From positions 186,001-250,000 of the IMG/VR virus record IMGVR_UViG_3300037297_000066: a stretch of DNA of 64,000 nucleotides. One strand, written 5' to 3'. The position numbers and the translations under genes were made by a program. Below, piece by piece: positions 1-9,651 of the stretch. Every line of letters begins with the position of its first letter. The first letter of the stretch is position 1. The notes beneath the pieces are model-generated. The model searched no databases and was not told where the DNA came from. It saw nothing but the letters and a program-made list of their open reading frames with translations.

Positions 1-518
1 TCGTACCCCAGAAAGTTCAGAATAGCTCGGGTGATGTCGTCTTGAAGGAAGCTCCGGCCTTGAGCGACTCGAAACTGGAGCTCCTCCGGTGAAAGCAAGT
101 GGCTCCCGGCCAACGCTAGCCTCTGGTACACCGCAACGTCCCACTCACCATCATCAGGACGGTACCACGTAGCCGCAGCGCCCAAGAAGTACTCCCCTAA
201 CCTAGAGCCCCCGTGGAATGCCTCCTCAACCGCCTCCACCAAATGCACGTACCGGGCCCCCGGCTCGCCTCGGAAGGGCCCCTCATAGGAAGGCCCCGAC
301 TCCTTCCTCGACAGCGCTTCCATGATGAAAGGCGTTAGAGGGATCGGGATCTGACTTAGATCCTGAGGGATCTCCCTTCCGCTGGAAGTGACCGCCCACA
401 CAGTGAAGACCCCTCCCTTTGGAACCACTTGGATCTCGTACCAGGAAGTCGAATCCTCGCTCTCGGCTACCCTGTACATATCCGTTCCCACCAGCTTGCT
501 GGAAGCGACGATCTTCAT
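1..518 (-). CDS. Array paralogue 1 (3' end outside window)
   Basis: ATG at 518 overlaps stop of 515..1039 (ATGA); MKIVASS...IPIPLTPFIMEAL...LGEY...FRVAQGRSFLQDDITRAI matches family motifs. Confidence 0.85.
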   Translation of the reverse strand, partial: MKIVASSKLVGTDMYRVAESEDSTSWYEIQVVPKGGVFTVWAVTSSGREIPQDLSQIPIPLTPFIMEALSRKESGPSYEGPFRGEPGARYVHLVEAVEEAFHGGSRLGEYFLGAAATWYRPDDGEWDVAVYQRLALAGSHLLSPEELQFRVAQGRSFLQDDITRAILNFLGY

Positions 519-1039
519 GCCTGCCCCCGAGCCCTACTCACCACCTCCACAATGGCTCGGGTGATAGCCTCTGGAGAGTAGGCGTTTTCATGAGACCGAC
601 GTAATTGCCGTTCTTGCTCCGTCAAGTCTAGATGGTAATGGCTGACAACGTATTGGTACACCTCAGGATCCCAATCAGAATCACTGGGGTAGTGCCACCT
701 TTCCGCAGCCAAGTAACCCCCCAAGTTGTGCCAGAGCTCCACCTCCCTCTCAACCACACTCACCAACAGGTCGTAGCCATACTCAGGACCCTGAGGGTCT
801 CCTTGGAAGACCCCCTGGTAAGGCCCAAGCTCCCCTTTCGACAAGCTCAGAGCTTCCAGAATGGAGGGCAGCAGGAACAACGGTATAGCCCCAATCCGGA
901 CAGGAGAGCCCCCCTCAAGGACCTCGTAGAGATACACCACCATCCCCACCCGGATCTGGTAGCTAACCCGAGAGGCTCTGCTCTCAGCCACCGTGTAGGT
1001 GTCTAAGCCCTCCACGGTCTCAACGCCAATGAGCTTCAC
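515..1039 (-). CDS. Array paralogue 2
   Basis: IPLFLLPSILEAL, LGGY, YSPEAITRAIVEV. Confidence 0.85.
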   Translation of the reverse strand: MKLIGVETVEGLDTYTVAESRASRVSYQIRVGMVVYLYEVLEGGSPVRIGAIPLFLLPSILEALSLSKGELGPYQGVFQGDPQGPEYGYDLLVSVVEREVELWHNLGGYLAAERWHYPSDSDWDPEVYQYVVSHYHLDLTEQERQLRRSHENAYSPEAITRAIVEVVSRARGQA

Positions 1040-1599
1040 GGTTCAGGCTCCCGTAGCCGTGTCACCACCTCCACCACAGCCCGGGTGATGCTTTCCTGAC
1101 CGTACGTCTTACCCCTTATCAACCGAAACCGACACTCCCCGTTGGTAAGTCGGTACATATCGTTGTTCACCACATAGAGGTATTGACTTCGAGTCCAGTC
1201 CGACCTCCGAGGGTTGACCCAGTTGTTGACAGTGCGAGAATGCCGGTAGGTACCAAGGCCGCTCGATCTCGACTGAGCAAAAGCCGCCTCCACTTGCCCG
1301 ACTAACCTTTTGTAACTCGCAGAACGATCCCCAGGCTCCTCCCCAAAGGACCCCACACAAGGGACCTGCTCGCCCCGGGTGGCCTCCAGGATGAACGGAG
1401 TCAGAAAGATCGGAATCGAGTTCAACCGGATTGGGTGCCCTTCCAAAGACGCCCAGTGCCACACCTGGTAGGACCCTCGCCCTCTTTCAGGGCCATCGGT
1501 CCGATAGACACGGATCTCGTAGCCCTCAGACTCAGACTCATCAACGGCTACCCGATAAGTGTCGAGACCGTCTTGCCTGTGCTTCCCAATGAAATGCAT
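1036..1599 (-). CDS. Array paralogue 3
   Basis: IPIFLTPFILEA, LGTY, YGQESITRAVVEV; class-B promoter upstream. Confidence 0.85.
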   Translation of the reverse strand: MHFIGKHRQDGLDTYRVAVDESESEGYEIRVYRTDGPERGRGSYQVWHWASLEGHPIRLNSIPIFLTPFILEATRGEQVPCVGSFGEEPGDRSASYKRLVGQVEAAFAQSRSSGLGTYRHSRTVNNWVNPRRSDWTRSQYLYVVNNDMYRLTNGECRFRLIRGKTYGQESITRAVVEVVTRLREPEP

Positions 1600-1604
1600 C
1601 CATC

Positions 1605-2162
1605 CTACCGTACACCAAGAGACGCCCCAAACCGCCGACTAAGTACCTCCAGGACCGCTTGGGTGATCTCCGCTTGAGTGAACCGCATCCCCAGTCGAAG
1701 CCGAAACTGAACCTCTTCAGCTGTGAAAAAGTACCCCTCACTCATCGCTACCCCCCGGTAAGCCTCCTCACTCCACCCAACCTGGCCCGGCTCATACCAA
1801 TCCCCCTCAAACGTTCGGTAACTCCCCAACGCAACACCACTAGACTCACTCTCTTCCTCGATCATTTGAACCAGGGCAGCGTAGTCGGAGCTCCCCCCAC
1901 CCTCCCTAAAAGGGCCCTCCCCACACGGGGCAGGCTCAGCAGCCAACAACTGCAAAATGAACGTAACTAGTCCCTCGGGTAGCCAGTCTGCCGCCCCGAA
2001 GAAACGATTCCCACTCCGACGTTGAAGCACATCGAAATGCCTTCCTCCTTCTGAGCCCTTACGGCGAACCAAGATCTTGTAGGCAGTGGTGCCCGGCCCC
2101 TCCGAGACCTCACAAACCATCACGTGACCGCTGTTATTGAACTCGGTGATCCCAAAGCCCAC
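1605..2162 (-). CDS. Array paralogue 4
   Basis: GTG 2162 follows upstream stop; LGSY, FRLRLGMRFTQAEITQAVLEV. Confidence 0.8.
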   Translation of the reverse strand: MGFGITEFNNSGHVMVCEVSEGPGTTAYKILVRRKGSEGGRHFDVLQRRSGNRFFGAADWLPEGLVTFILQLLAAEPAPCGEGPFREGGGSSDYAALVQMIEEESESSGVALGSYRTFEGDWYEPGQVGWSEEAYRGVAMSEGYFFTAEEVQFRLRLGMRFTQAEITQAVLEVLSRRFGASLGVR

Positions 2163-2166
2163 TACC

Positions 2167-2775
2167 TTACTCCCTACTGCGACGCTCGTACAACACGTCC
2201 AAAACAGCCTGGGCAATGTCCTCACGACTGTAGCCGTCCTGGTACGCAGTGGCATAGAAATTCAGCTCATCCGGCCGAAGCTGAACCGGGGGCCGCAGTG
2301 CCTCAAAGTAACCAGCCTGAGACCAATCAGGGTCGGAAAACATAACCCACCCACCCCCACGCCTGGGATACGCCCCCGTCACAGTCCCCACACTGACAGA
2401 CCTGTGCGCCCACAACCTCAAGTGCTCAAGGTCGAGATCGTTAGCATCGTACCCTGACTCACTACCATCCTCGTAGTCCCAGGCAGGCTCCCCTCTCCAC
2501 ACACCCTCAGGAATAGTGCCCTCCGGCACTCCCCCAGCCTCCTGACAAACCCAAAGGATCGATGTGAGCAGGCTCATGGGCCAAAACAGCTCCAACTCCC
2601 ACCCTTGGGGGGCCAACCGACGGATTTGAACCACCGGGGAACTCTTCGGGTCAACCTGAACCTCAACCCGGTACCTGCAGCTCGTGTCCTCGGACCACAC
2701 CACCTCACGTTGGTAGATCTGAGTGGCCCCCTCCTGCCTCGTGGAATCTCGTCCAGCGACTACAATCCAGGTCAC
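2167..2775 (-). CDS. Array paralogue 5
   Basis: GAY, W..P.W, YSREDIAQAVLDV. Confidence 0.8.
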   Translation of the reverse strand: MTWIVVAGRDSTRQEGATQIYQREVVWSEDTSCRYRVEVQVDPKSSPVVQIRRLAPQGWELELFWPMSLLTSILWVCQEAGGVPEGTIPEGVWRGEPAWDYEDGSESGYDANDLDLEHLRLWAHRSVSVGTVTGAYPRRGGGWVMFSDPDWSQAGYFEALRPPVQLRPDELNFYATAYQDGYSREDIAQAVLDVLYERRSRE

Positions 2776-3350
2776 TGACGCCCCCTACCGTGGCTCATCA
2801 AGCGTGCCTCAGTTTCCCGGAAGACCCGTATCCGAACCCGGTCACCAACGAAAGGCCCCTGACGAGTCAGCACGGCCACCCGAAACATACCCCGGTCCAA
2901 AACCCGGACCCATGCGTGGAAGAAGCCAGCATCGTTCACCCACATCGCTCGAACAATCCCGTAGAACTCTTGATACTCACGCCCACGAGCATCCACAAGG
3001 TAGTTTACTCCCTCCTCCCACTCGACGTGGCTCCCTAATGACTCACGCACCAGCGGCTCCTCCTCTACCCCCTGAACAGCCTGAGGGTCGGAAAACGCTC
3101 CCATCTGGTCCGGCCTACGAACCTCCGAGAACGCCTTCATGATGAAGGGCAACAACTTCTCTGGGATGGTATGAAGCACAATGCGGCGCCAGCTCATGTC
3201 CTGATCTTGAACGTAGACCTCGAATTGGTACGGGTGATGGATCTGGGTGGGAGAGTAAACCCACAGCTCGTACCGGGGCCAACCCTCCAGAGTCTCACCG
3301 ATCACGTAGACCGTTTTGACCCCCTCACACTGGGTGTCGAGAATATGCAC
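2772..3350 (-). CDS. Array paralogue 6 (family N-domain, different C-terminus)
   Basis: MHILDT..VYVIGE..IPEKLLPFIMKAF..GAF; lacks the QEEITRA tail. Confidence 0.75.
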   Translation of the reverse strand: MHILDTQCEGVKTVYVIGETLEGWPRYELWVYSPTQIHHPYQFEVYVQDQDMSWRRIVLHTIPEKLLPFIMKAFSEVRRPDQMGAFSDPQAVQGVEEEPLVRESLGSHVEWEEGVNYLVDARGREYQEFYGIVRAMWVNDAGFFHAWVRVLDRGMFRVAVLTRQGPFVGDRVRIRVFRETEARLMSHGRGRQ

Positions 3351-4186
3351 TAGAACGGAACCTGCCTGTCGTGGATCGCCTGAATCACAGCCTCAGTGAT
3401 AGCCTCTTGGCCGTAGGCAGGTTCATGCTCATGCCTAAACCTACGCTCACCTCCGCTCAAAAAGATAGGGAGTATCTGGACCGTGCGCCGGTACTCACCA
3501 GGATCCCAAAGGATATTCCAAGCCGACATGAACTCCCCATCAACCAGAAGATAGTTTCCTAACCTCTGGCCTTCGTTCAAGGCCCTCTCAACCAACGCCC
3601 CCAATCGAACGGGGGGCTCAGTCTGAACAACAGGCTCGGGAATACGAGACGCCCCCACCACTTCCAAGATCGCTTCCGTGATCTCATCCTGGCTGAACAC
3701 CCTCCCATGGTCCCGCCGAAAACACTCCTCGGGAATGTCCGAGGCTCCTACACCATGCGTGTAAGCGTTCCGGTACTCAGCCTCATCCCAGTCGGAATCT
3801 CTAATCCCGTGCCAGACCTCGTCGGCATAATAACCCCCCAAATCCACCCCCCTCTCCAGGGCCTCACCCACCCGGTCCCTCAGGTAGGACAAGGCCCGAT
3901 CCAATGAGGCGGTGTGGCCCACCGGTTCCTGAAAGAGCTCTTCCTGGCAAGAAGTAGGCTGGCTCAGAGCTTGTAGGATGAACGGCACCAAGAAGAGAGG
4001 CACCATGTCGATCGGCTGAGAAACCCCTCTAACCGTAGCTCGATGACGCACCTGGTATGCATCCCCTTCCTCCGCAGGATCCAAAGGAGGAACTACCCAG
4101 ATCTCATACCAAGAAACAGAGTCCTCCCGCTCGGCCACTTTGAAGGCTTTCCCCTTGACGAGCTTCTGCAGCGGGATGAACAACAT
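3350..4186 (-). CDS. Array paralogue 7, duplicated C-domain
   Basis: FSQDEITEAILEV and YGQEAITEAVIQA; leaderless start after GGTGTATGGT. Confidence 0.85.
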   Translation of the reverse strand: MLFIPLQKLVKGKAFKVAEREDSVSWYEIWVVPPLDPAEEGDAYQVRHRATVRGVSQPIDMVPLFLVPFILQALSQPTSCQEELFQEPVGHTASLDRALSYLRDRVGEALERGVDLGGYYADEVWHGIRDSDWDEAEYRNAYTHGVGASDIPEECFRRDHGRVFSQDEITEAILEVVGASRIPEPVVQTEPPVRLGALVERALNEGQRLGNYLLVDGEFMSAWNILWDPGEYRRTVQILPIFLSGGERRFRHEHEPAYGQEAITEAVIQAIHDRQVPF

Positions 4187-4207
4187 GCCCTCACCATACA
4201 CCACAGG

Positions 4208-4756
4208 TCAAATCCCCATTCGCCTCAAAACCCTCAGGATGGCCTGCGTGATCTCATCCTGAAAGAAACTCCGACCCCACATGATCCGAAACCGGAGCTC
4301 ATCCAGGGAGGGATTATCACCGGCATCCTCAACCGTCTCCCGGTACTCGTCAGCGTCCCACCCCTCATCACCAGGAAAGAACCAGTCCCCTTGAAGGGAG
4401 CCCGTAGGATAGGCCCCCAAGGCAAGATCATCCTCTCCCAAAGCCCTCTCTACAGCTGTCTCCAAAGCGGACTCTGAAGTAACTTCCCCGCTGGAAGCCT
4501 CACCCCCGAAAGGCCCCTCTTTTACCGAAACACGCTCCCACTCCAACACCTGGAGCGCAAATGGTACCAAGCAGGCCGGAAGCCCCTTCAGAGGGACAAC
4601 CTGCCCATACCGTAACTGCTTGGCCGCATGTACCCGTAGACTGGTCTCGCTCTCAGCCGGACGAACCATCAGGTGGTACGGACCAGCGTCACCCTCTTCC
4701 TCCCCAATGAGGTAAACCCTACCTTGATGGGAGTGCTCAACCCCGATGATCTTCAT
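4208..4756 (-). CDS. Array paralogue 8
   Basis: LGAY, FRIMWGRSFFQDEITQAI. Confidence 0.85.
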   Translation of the reverse strand: MKIIGVEHSHQGRVYLIGEEEGDAGPYHLMVRPAESETSLRVHAAKQLRYGQVVPLKGLPACLVPFALQVLEWERVSVKEGPFGGEASSGEVTSESALETAVERALGEDDLALGAYPTGSLQGDWFFPGDEGWDADEYRETVEDAGDNPSLDELRFRIMWGRSFFQDEITQAILRVLRRMGI

Positions 4757-5343
4757 GTGTCCAAAAAGCTCCGAAGAATTTCGTCTATGACGGCCATAAT
4801 AGCCCGGGTGATCTCCTCCTGCGTAAACCGAGCCCCCTGAGTGAGCCGGAATACCACCTCCTCAGAGCTGAGCTGAGAGGGTCGCTCTCTCACAACCGCC
4901 AGGTACTCCTGGAGCTCCCACTGGGGAACCGTAAACCTAACCCATATAGGAGGCCCCATCCCGATCCGGTTGGAGTTGGAATAAGCCCCAAGCCACTGTC
5001 CCTGATGTATAACCTGAGCCACCTCGTGCCTCAATGCCCCCACATCAGGTGTGTAGTCCTCAGGCTCATCCCCAAACGCTCCCCCCTTGGGTAATCCGGA
5101 CCTCAACCCAAAATTGGTCACCTGCAGGATGAACGGGACGAGAAAGCTGGGAACCACTCCCAGGCGGTTAGGGGGACCCCCAGCGCCATTCTGATGAAAG
5201 ACCGCAAAGTGCTCCCTGTCACCCCCAGGGTTGTACACCCGGATCACGTAGACGTAGGGAGACTCATCATCCTCCGTTACCTTGTAGACAGCCGGGTTGA
5301 ACCCCGTCTCGGTGCCTTTACGCTCGGTACTGAGTATCCTCAC
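4753..5343 (-). CDS. Array paralogue 9
   Basis: GTG 6 nt after GGTGTATGGT; FRLTQGARFTQEEITRAI. Confidence 0.85.
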   Translation of the reverse strand: MRILSTERKGTETGFNPAVYKVTEDDESPYVYVIRVYNPGGDREHFAVFHQNGAGGPPNRLGVVPSFLVPFILQVTNFGLRSGLPKGGAFGDEPEDYTPDVGALRHEVAQVIHQGQWLGAYSNSNRIGMGPPIWVRFTVPQWELQEYLAVVRERPSQLSSEEVVFRLTQGARFTQEEITRAIMAVIDEILRSFLDT

Positions 5344-5362
5344 TCCCCCACCATACACCAAA

Positions 5363-5923
5363 TCACCCCGGGCCCCGCCATTTCCCCACCACCTCCACAA
5401 TGGCTCGGGTGATCTCGTCTTGATTGAAGGTCCGGCCCCACTCTAACCGAAACCGGATCTCAGCCGAGGAACTCTCCTCCCCCCAGTTGATTACACGCTC
5501 TCGGTACTCATCAGGATCCCACTCTGGATCCTGATGATTGCGTCGTACCATCCAGCCGTCCTGCCGGGTGGTATCACGTATGTAATAGGACCCTAAATCT
5601 ACCCTATCCAAAACCCCCCTAACCGCCTCCAGGAGCTCCGAGTAGTCCCGGGTGGCCCATCCCTTAGCTTCCTCCCCAAACGCTCCCACAGGGGCAGTAG
5701 GGGGCCCTCCAAGCGCTTCCAGGATGAAGGGCAGCAAAAAGGACGGAGTCCGTTCTAGTTTTACACTGGGACCACCCCGAGAGTTACGACGGTAGGTAGC
5801 AAAGTGAGCCCCCATGGACGAACGAAGCACCTCAATCCGATAGGTCTCTTCAGATGCCTCGTCCTCGGCCAGAACATACAAAGTCGTGTCCCTACTCGGG
5901 AGCACCTCGATGATCCGCATCAC
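5363..5923 (-). CDS. Array paralogue 10
   Basis: LGSY, FRLEWGRTFNQDEITRAIVEV; close to paralogue 12. Confidence 0.85.
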   Translation of the reverse strand: MMRIIEVLPSRDTTLYVLAEDEASEETYRIEVLRSSMGAHFATYRRNSRGGPSVKLERTPSFLLPFILEALGGPPTAPVGAFGEEAKGWATRDYSELLEAVRGVLDRVDLGSYYIRDTTRQDGWMVRRNHQDPEWDPDEYRERVINWGEESSSAEIRFRLEWGRTFNQDEITRAIVEVVGKWRGPG

Positions 5924-5929
5924 TCTCCC

Positions 5930-6727
5930 CTACCTGGCACGACCCAGCAGCCCCTGCACCACCAAGTCGGTGATCAATGCCTGGCTATGCCCAAAGCCGT
6001 TTTCACTGCGGAACTGACGCTCCTCCCGAGTCAGATTGTGGGTAAAATAGGTGGCTGTGTGCCGATACCGCTCAGCATCCCAGACAGCATCCTCAGGGTA
6101 AGTCCACACCCCCTCATTATCGCTCGGGTAGGCCCCCAAAGGCACACCCTCGTTCAAAGCGTCGAAAACCCGGGTTCGGAGCGGGGCCTCCTGCCCAGAT
6201 CCTTCAGAATTAGGCCCACGAGCCTGAGCCTGCTCCAGCACAACCTCCACAACCGCCTCCGTAATGGCCTCCTGGGTTAACATCTGGCCGGGGTGGAGCC
6301 TAAATTGGATCTCATTGTCAGCAAGATGGTAGCCCTCGTTCAAACTCACACGCCGGTACTCGTTGGCATCCCACCTGGGATTGCTGGGCATTATCCACCC
6401 AGAATCAGGAGGCCCGGTCTGATAGGTCCCAAAACCAACACCTGTGTCCCTGATCAACCGAACCAGATCCGAAGGGTCCCCCGAAAGGGACTCCCCCGAG
6501 AACTCACTCCCCACCCGAGCCCGAGTGGAAACCACTTCCAGAATGAACGGAAGCAAAGCCACCGGGATGGTCTGGAGCCTTACACAGTCCTCCCGCTCGC
6601 AACGGTAGATCTCTAAAAAGCTGTTTTCCTGATAAAAACATAGCTCGTATTTCGGCCGGCAATCCGGACCCTCCCCAATCACGTAGATCTTAGAAGTCCC
6701 CCTTCGCCTGGTGTCGAGTATCCTCAC
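5930..6727 (-). CDS. Array paralogue 11, duplicated C-domain
   Basis: TQEAITEAVVEV and HSQALITDLVV; leaderless GTG. Confidence 0.85.
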   Translation of the reverse strand: MRILDTRRRGTSKIYVIGEGPDCRPKYELCFYQENSFLEIYRCEREDCVRLQTIPVALLPFILEVVSTRARVGSEFSGESLSGDPSDLVRLIRDTGVGFGTYQTGPPDSGWIMPSNPRWDANEYRRVSLNEGYHLADNEIQFRLHPGQMLTQEAITEAVVEVVLEQAQARGPNSEGSGQEAPLRTRVFDALNEGVPLGAYPSDNEGVWTYPEDAVWDAERYRHTATYFTHNLTREERQFRSENGFGHSQALITDLVVQGLLGRAR

Positions 6728-6746
6728 TCCCCCACCATACACCGAC

Positions 6747-7619
6747 TTACCCCGGGCTCGAACCAGAGTCCGTGCCCCCAATAATCCCGCTCTCCCGCAA
6801 CTCCTCCACCACAGCCCGGGTGATGGCCTCACTCCCATAGCTCGAAATAGCACCCCTGAACCGTCGCTCCCCTTCGCTCAAATCTACGTTGGAATGACGG
6901 GCCACCCGCTCATAAACCTCAGATACCCAGCACACCATCTCAGGGGTAACCCATTGACCGTTCAGAGATAGATAGGACCCTAGGGATACCCCAGAGCTCA
7001 AAGCTTCACTCACCCTGGCCCTCAACATCCCAAGGGAAGGCGCCTCCTCCACACTCCTATCCCTCCACCGGGGCTCAGCCAGTACCTCCACAATGGCCCG
7101 AGTGATCTCATCCTGGCCAAAGGTCCGGCCCCACAAAAGTCGGAACTCTAGCTCCTCAGGTGAAAGCTCGGCCCCAGACTCGGAAACATAGTCTAGGTAC
7201 TCTGCCTCGTCCCACCCAGGATCGTCCCTGTAGCGAAACGTATACCCCGGTCGCTGCTCTGGCCTAGGAACCGGATAGCTCCCAAGGTAAGGGCCCTCCT
7301 CCAAAGCTGCTCTCGCTACCTCCAAAAGCTCCTGGTAGTCGTGGGTGACCCAACCCCTAGGCTCTTCCCCAAACGCCCCAGTCGGGAACCCGAAGCCATC
7401 CCCGAGCACCTGAAGCACACAAGGCATCAGGAAGGAAGGGACATGCTCCATTTTCACACTGGGACCCCCACGGGCCTGACGGCAGTAGACAGCGAAGTAA
7501 AGCGTTCCCCTCGCACCCCTCATTACCTCAATCCGATAGGTCTCCTCAGACTCCTCGTCCTCAGCCAGTCTGTAGTGGGTCCTATTCTCACCCCGGATGG
7601 TGTCGATGACCCGTAGCAT
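6747..7619 (-). CDS. Array paralogue 12, duplicated C-domain
   Basis: FGQDEITRAIVEV and YGSEAITRAVVEE; leaderless ATG. Confidence 0.85.
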   Translation of the reverse strand: MLRVIDTIRGENRTHYRLAEDEESEETYRIEVMRGARGTLYFAVYCRQARGGPSVKMEHVPSFLMPCVLQVLGDGFGFPTGAFGEEPRGWVTHDYQELLEVARAALEEGPYLGSYPVPRPEQRPGYTFRYRDDPGWDEAEYLDYVSESGAELSPEELEFRLLWGRTFGQDEITRAIVEVLAEPRWRDRSVEEAPSLGMLRARVSEALSSGVSLGSYLSLNGQWVTPEMVCWVSEVYERVARHSNVDLSEGERRFRGAISSYGSEAITRAVVEELRESGIIGGTDSGSSPG

Positions 7620-7641
7620 GCCCCCACCATACACCAGAACC

Positions 7642-8190
7642 TCAGGGGAACGTCCCCACTCGCTCCCCCAAGAGCAGGAGAACCTCCCGGGTGATCTCCT
7701 CCTGCGTAAACCGAGCCCCATGGCGAAGCCGAAACCGAACCTCCTCCGGCGTGAGTAGATTCCCCCAATACTGAACTACCCTCTCGTACTCCTCAGAATC
7801 CCACCCCTCACGCCCGGGCTCGGACCACCCCCCTCCATGGACCCTCTGGTAGCTCCCTAGCTCTACCCCCACCTCCTGGAAAAACTCCTCAACCAGCTGG
7901 GCCAGAGAGTCCGGGCCCTCAGGAGCGTCTAGAAATGGGCCCTCATAAGCCCCAGGGTCCTCCCCCATGGCCTGTAGGACAAAAGGCACCAGTCTGAATG
8001 GAACGGCCTTCAACTCTACCCACGCAACCCCAAAATCGCTCCGATAGTAGATGTGGACAAACCCGAGCTCCTGAGTGGAAGGGGCCGGACGTACCCAAAT
8101 CCGAAACAGAATGGGAGAACCCTCGCTCTCCCCTACCGTGTGGACGAAAGTCAGGTCCTCAGACCGCTGCTCGACCTTGAGAATGCGCAC
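7642..8190 (-). CDS. Array paralogue 13
   Basis: FRLRHGARFTQEEITREV; leaderless GTG. Confidence 0.85.
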   Translation of the reverse strand: MRILKVEQRSEDLTFVHTVGESEGSPILFRIWVRPAPSTQELGFVHIYYRSDFGVAWVELKAVPFRLVPFVLQAMGEDPGAYEGPFLDAPEGPDSLAQLVEEFFQEVGVELGSYQRVHGGGWSEPGREGWDSEEYERVVQYWGNLLTPEEVRFRLRHGARFTQEEITREVLLLLGERVGTFP

Positions 8191-8225
8191 CCCTTCACCA
8201 TACACGAGCACACCCCCACTCCTCC

Positions 8226-8267
8226 AGGGGGAAGAACCCTTGCGGGATGAGAAGAGTCCTTCCCCCT
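8226..8267 (-). repeat. Hairpin E copy 1 (16-bp stem, loop CTCATCCCGC)
   Basis: Fully paired on minus strand with G-U pairs; same loop as 9295-9336. Confidence 0.7.
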
Positions 8268-8307
8268 CCAACTTGACCCTTTAACCCAAACCTGTGAGAA
8301 TTGGCCC

Positions 8308-8514
8308 ATGGCCCCAAAACCTGACCTGGCCTCAGTCTTCAAGGCGCTAGACGCTCACGACCTGCCCTTCCTGTCCAATATGGGCCAAAGCACCGCCCAC
8401 CTCCTGGACGAGAATAACCCCAACGGGGTGGTCGTCCTCCGGGATGAGAGAGGAAATGACCGCCTCTACATGCCCCGTAGCGTCTGGGATGAGCTACGAG
8501 CTGGCAGATGCTAG
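8308..8514 (+). CDS. Hypothetical protein
   Basis: 68-aa ORF filling the gap, opposite to the array. Confidence 0.55.
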   Translation: MAPKPDLASVFKALDAHDLPFLSNMGQSTAHLLDENNPNGVVVLRDERGNDRLYMPRSVWDELRAGRC

Positions 8515-8829
8515 CGAGTTCAGAATCTCTGCCACAATGGCATCGGAGATCTCCTCCTGGTCGTAATACCGCCCCCAAACAAAGCGGAACTGAAGTTCAC
8601 CATCTAGCAATAGACTGGGAGCCTCTGCAACCGTGTCCAGATAGTCAACTAAACTCCACCCACCCGTAGCTGGAGTCACCAGGGGGAAGTCTTCCCCTTC
8701 CCCCTCAGATCCATAGAACTGACCAAGCTCTACCCCATTTTCCAAGGCTTGTTTCACCGAAGCCTGAAGATCCCCATCAAGAGTCGTGTCAATAGAGTCA
8801 TCAAACGGACCCTTAGGCAAAACCAGCAT
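8494..8829 (-). CDS. Array paralogue 14 (C-domain only)
   Basis: GPF, LGQFY, FRFVWGRYYDQEEISDAI. Confidence 0.8.
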   Translation of the reverse strand: MLVLPKGPFDDSIDTTLDGDLQASVKQALENGVELGQFYGSEGEGEDFPLVTPATGGWSLVDYLDTVAEAPSLLLDGELQFRFVWGRYYDQEEISDAIVAEILNSLASASS

Positions 8830-9245
8830 CAGTGGTCCGTAAGGGCCCGCTTGAGCCCCTGGTACAACGCCTCTACCCTCGGCCAGTTCAACCCCATCAA
8901 GGGAACCTTCAGTTGAGCAGTCCCCACCCGGACCTTCACACCCTCACTGTCGGCTATGACCAGTGAAAGATGCTTCGGGTCCCAGCACAACCATACGGGT
9001 CGCCCCAAACGCTCCAGAGCCCCCTCCACATCACAAAAGGGTAGCTTGTCGTCATCTACGACCGTCCCCCGATACTCGATGCCCAGTAGCTGAGCTAGTA
9101 CCTCCCCCAGCCCCGTAGAACGGCCCTTTCCCCATACCTCGTCCCGGTAGGTCTCGTAGACCACCCCGAAAGCTTCCGGGGGCTCAGCCCTCTTCCAACC
9201 CTCCTGGGTCGGTACGTAGACCTTTGTGTCGTCTCGGATGCCCAT
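8829..9245 (-). CDS. Hypothetical protein
   Basis: ATG 6 nt after GGTGTACAGT. Confidence 0.75.
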   Translation of the reverse strand: MGIRDDTKVYVPTQEGWKRAEPPEAFGVVYETYRDEVWGKGRSTGLGEVLAQLLGIEYRGTVVDDDKLPFCDVEGALERLGRPVWLCWDPKHLSLVIADSEGVKVRVGTAQLKVPLMGLNWPRVEALYQGLKRALTDH

Positions 9246-9294
9246 GGCCTGACTGTACACCACAAGAGAGCTCCCCCGAAAGGGCTCAGGCCCA

Positions 9295-9336
9295 AGGGAG
9301 AAGATTCCTTGCGGGATGAGAAGGTTCCTTCCCCCC
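9295..9336 (-). repeat. Hairpin E copy 2
   Basis: Same 10-nt loop, stem sequence differs but still pairs. Confidence 0.7.
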
Positions 9337-9421
9337 TCACACCCCTCCCCCCATGGGGATGGCCCGGCGTAGCCCCGCCACCCCCCACAGAACTTAGCTA
9401 GGTAAGGGCTGTGAGCGGCCC
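9336..9421 (-). ncRNA. Candidate structured element related to 17347-17492
   Basis: Shares CTCACA/TGTGAG outer stem, GTTCT(C)GTGGGGG(G)TGGCGGGGC and CCCATGG. Confidence 0.4.
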
Positions 9422-9651
9422 CCAAGGCCCGCTTCCTTCTTAGCTACCTCGATTACCTCAAGTACTAGCATTCGAAGGAGTACTTGAGACGTGGGAGGAA
9501 AATGGCCGATGAGCTCTTGGACACCCTCCAAACAAGCCCTCTGAAGCTCCCCCACTGATACTCCTTGGCGAAGCCCCACGCTGAGCTGTCGAGCTAGATC
9601 CATGAACATGGCTGTGTCTTTCTCTACCTGCTCTTCTTTCGAGATGGACAT
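9394..9651 (-). CDS. Hypothetical protein
   Basis: ATG 6 nt after GGTGTACGGT. Confidence 0.7.
   Translation of the reverse strand: MSISKEEQVEKDTAMFMDLARQLSVGLRQGVSVGELQRACLEGVQELIGHFPPTSQVLLRMLVLEVIEVAKKEAGLGGRSQPLPS

Noticed and set aside
419-8284. Plus-strand ORFs across the array, and similar antisense ORFs elsewhere
   Set aside because: They are shadow frames of GC-rich genes and lack promoters, SD sequences or motifs.
1-8829. Diversity-generating retroelement target array
   Set aside because: No reverse transcriptase and no near-identical TR/VR pair differing at adenines; paralogues diverge throughout.
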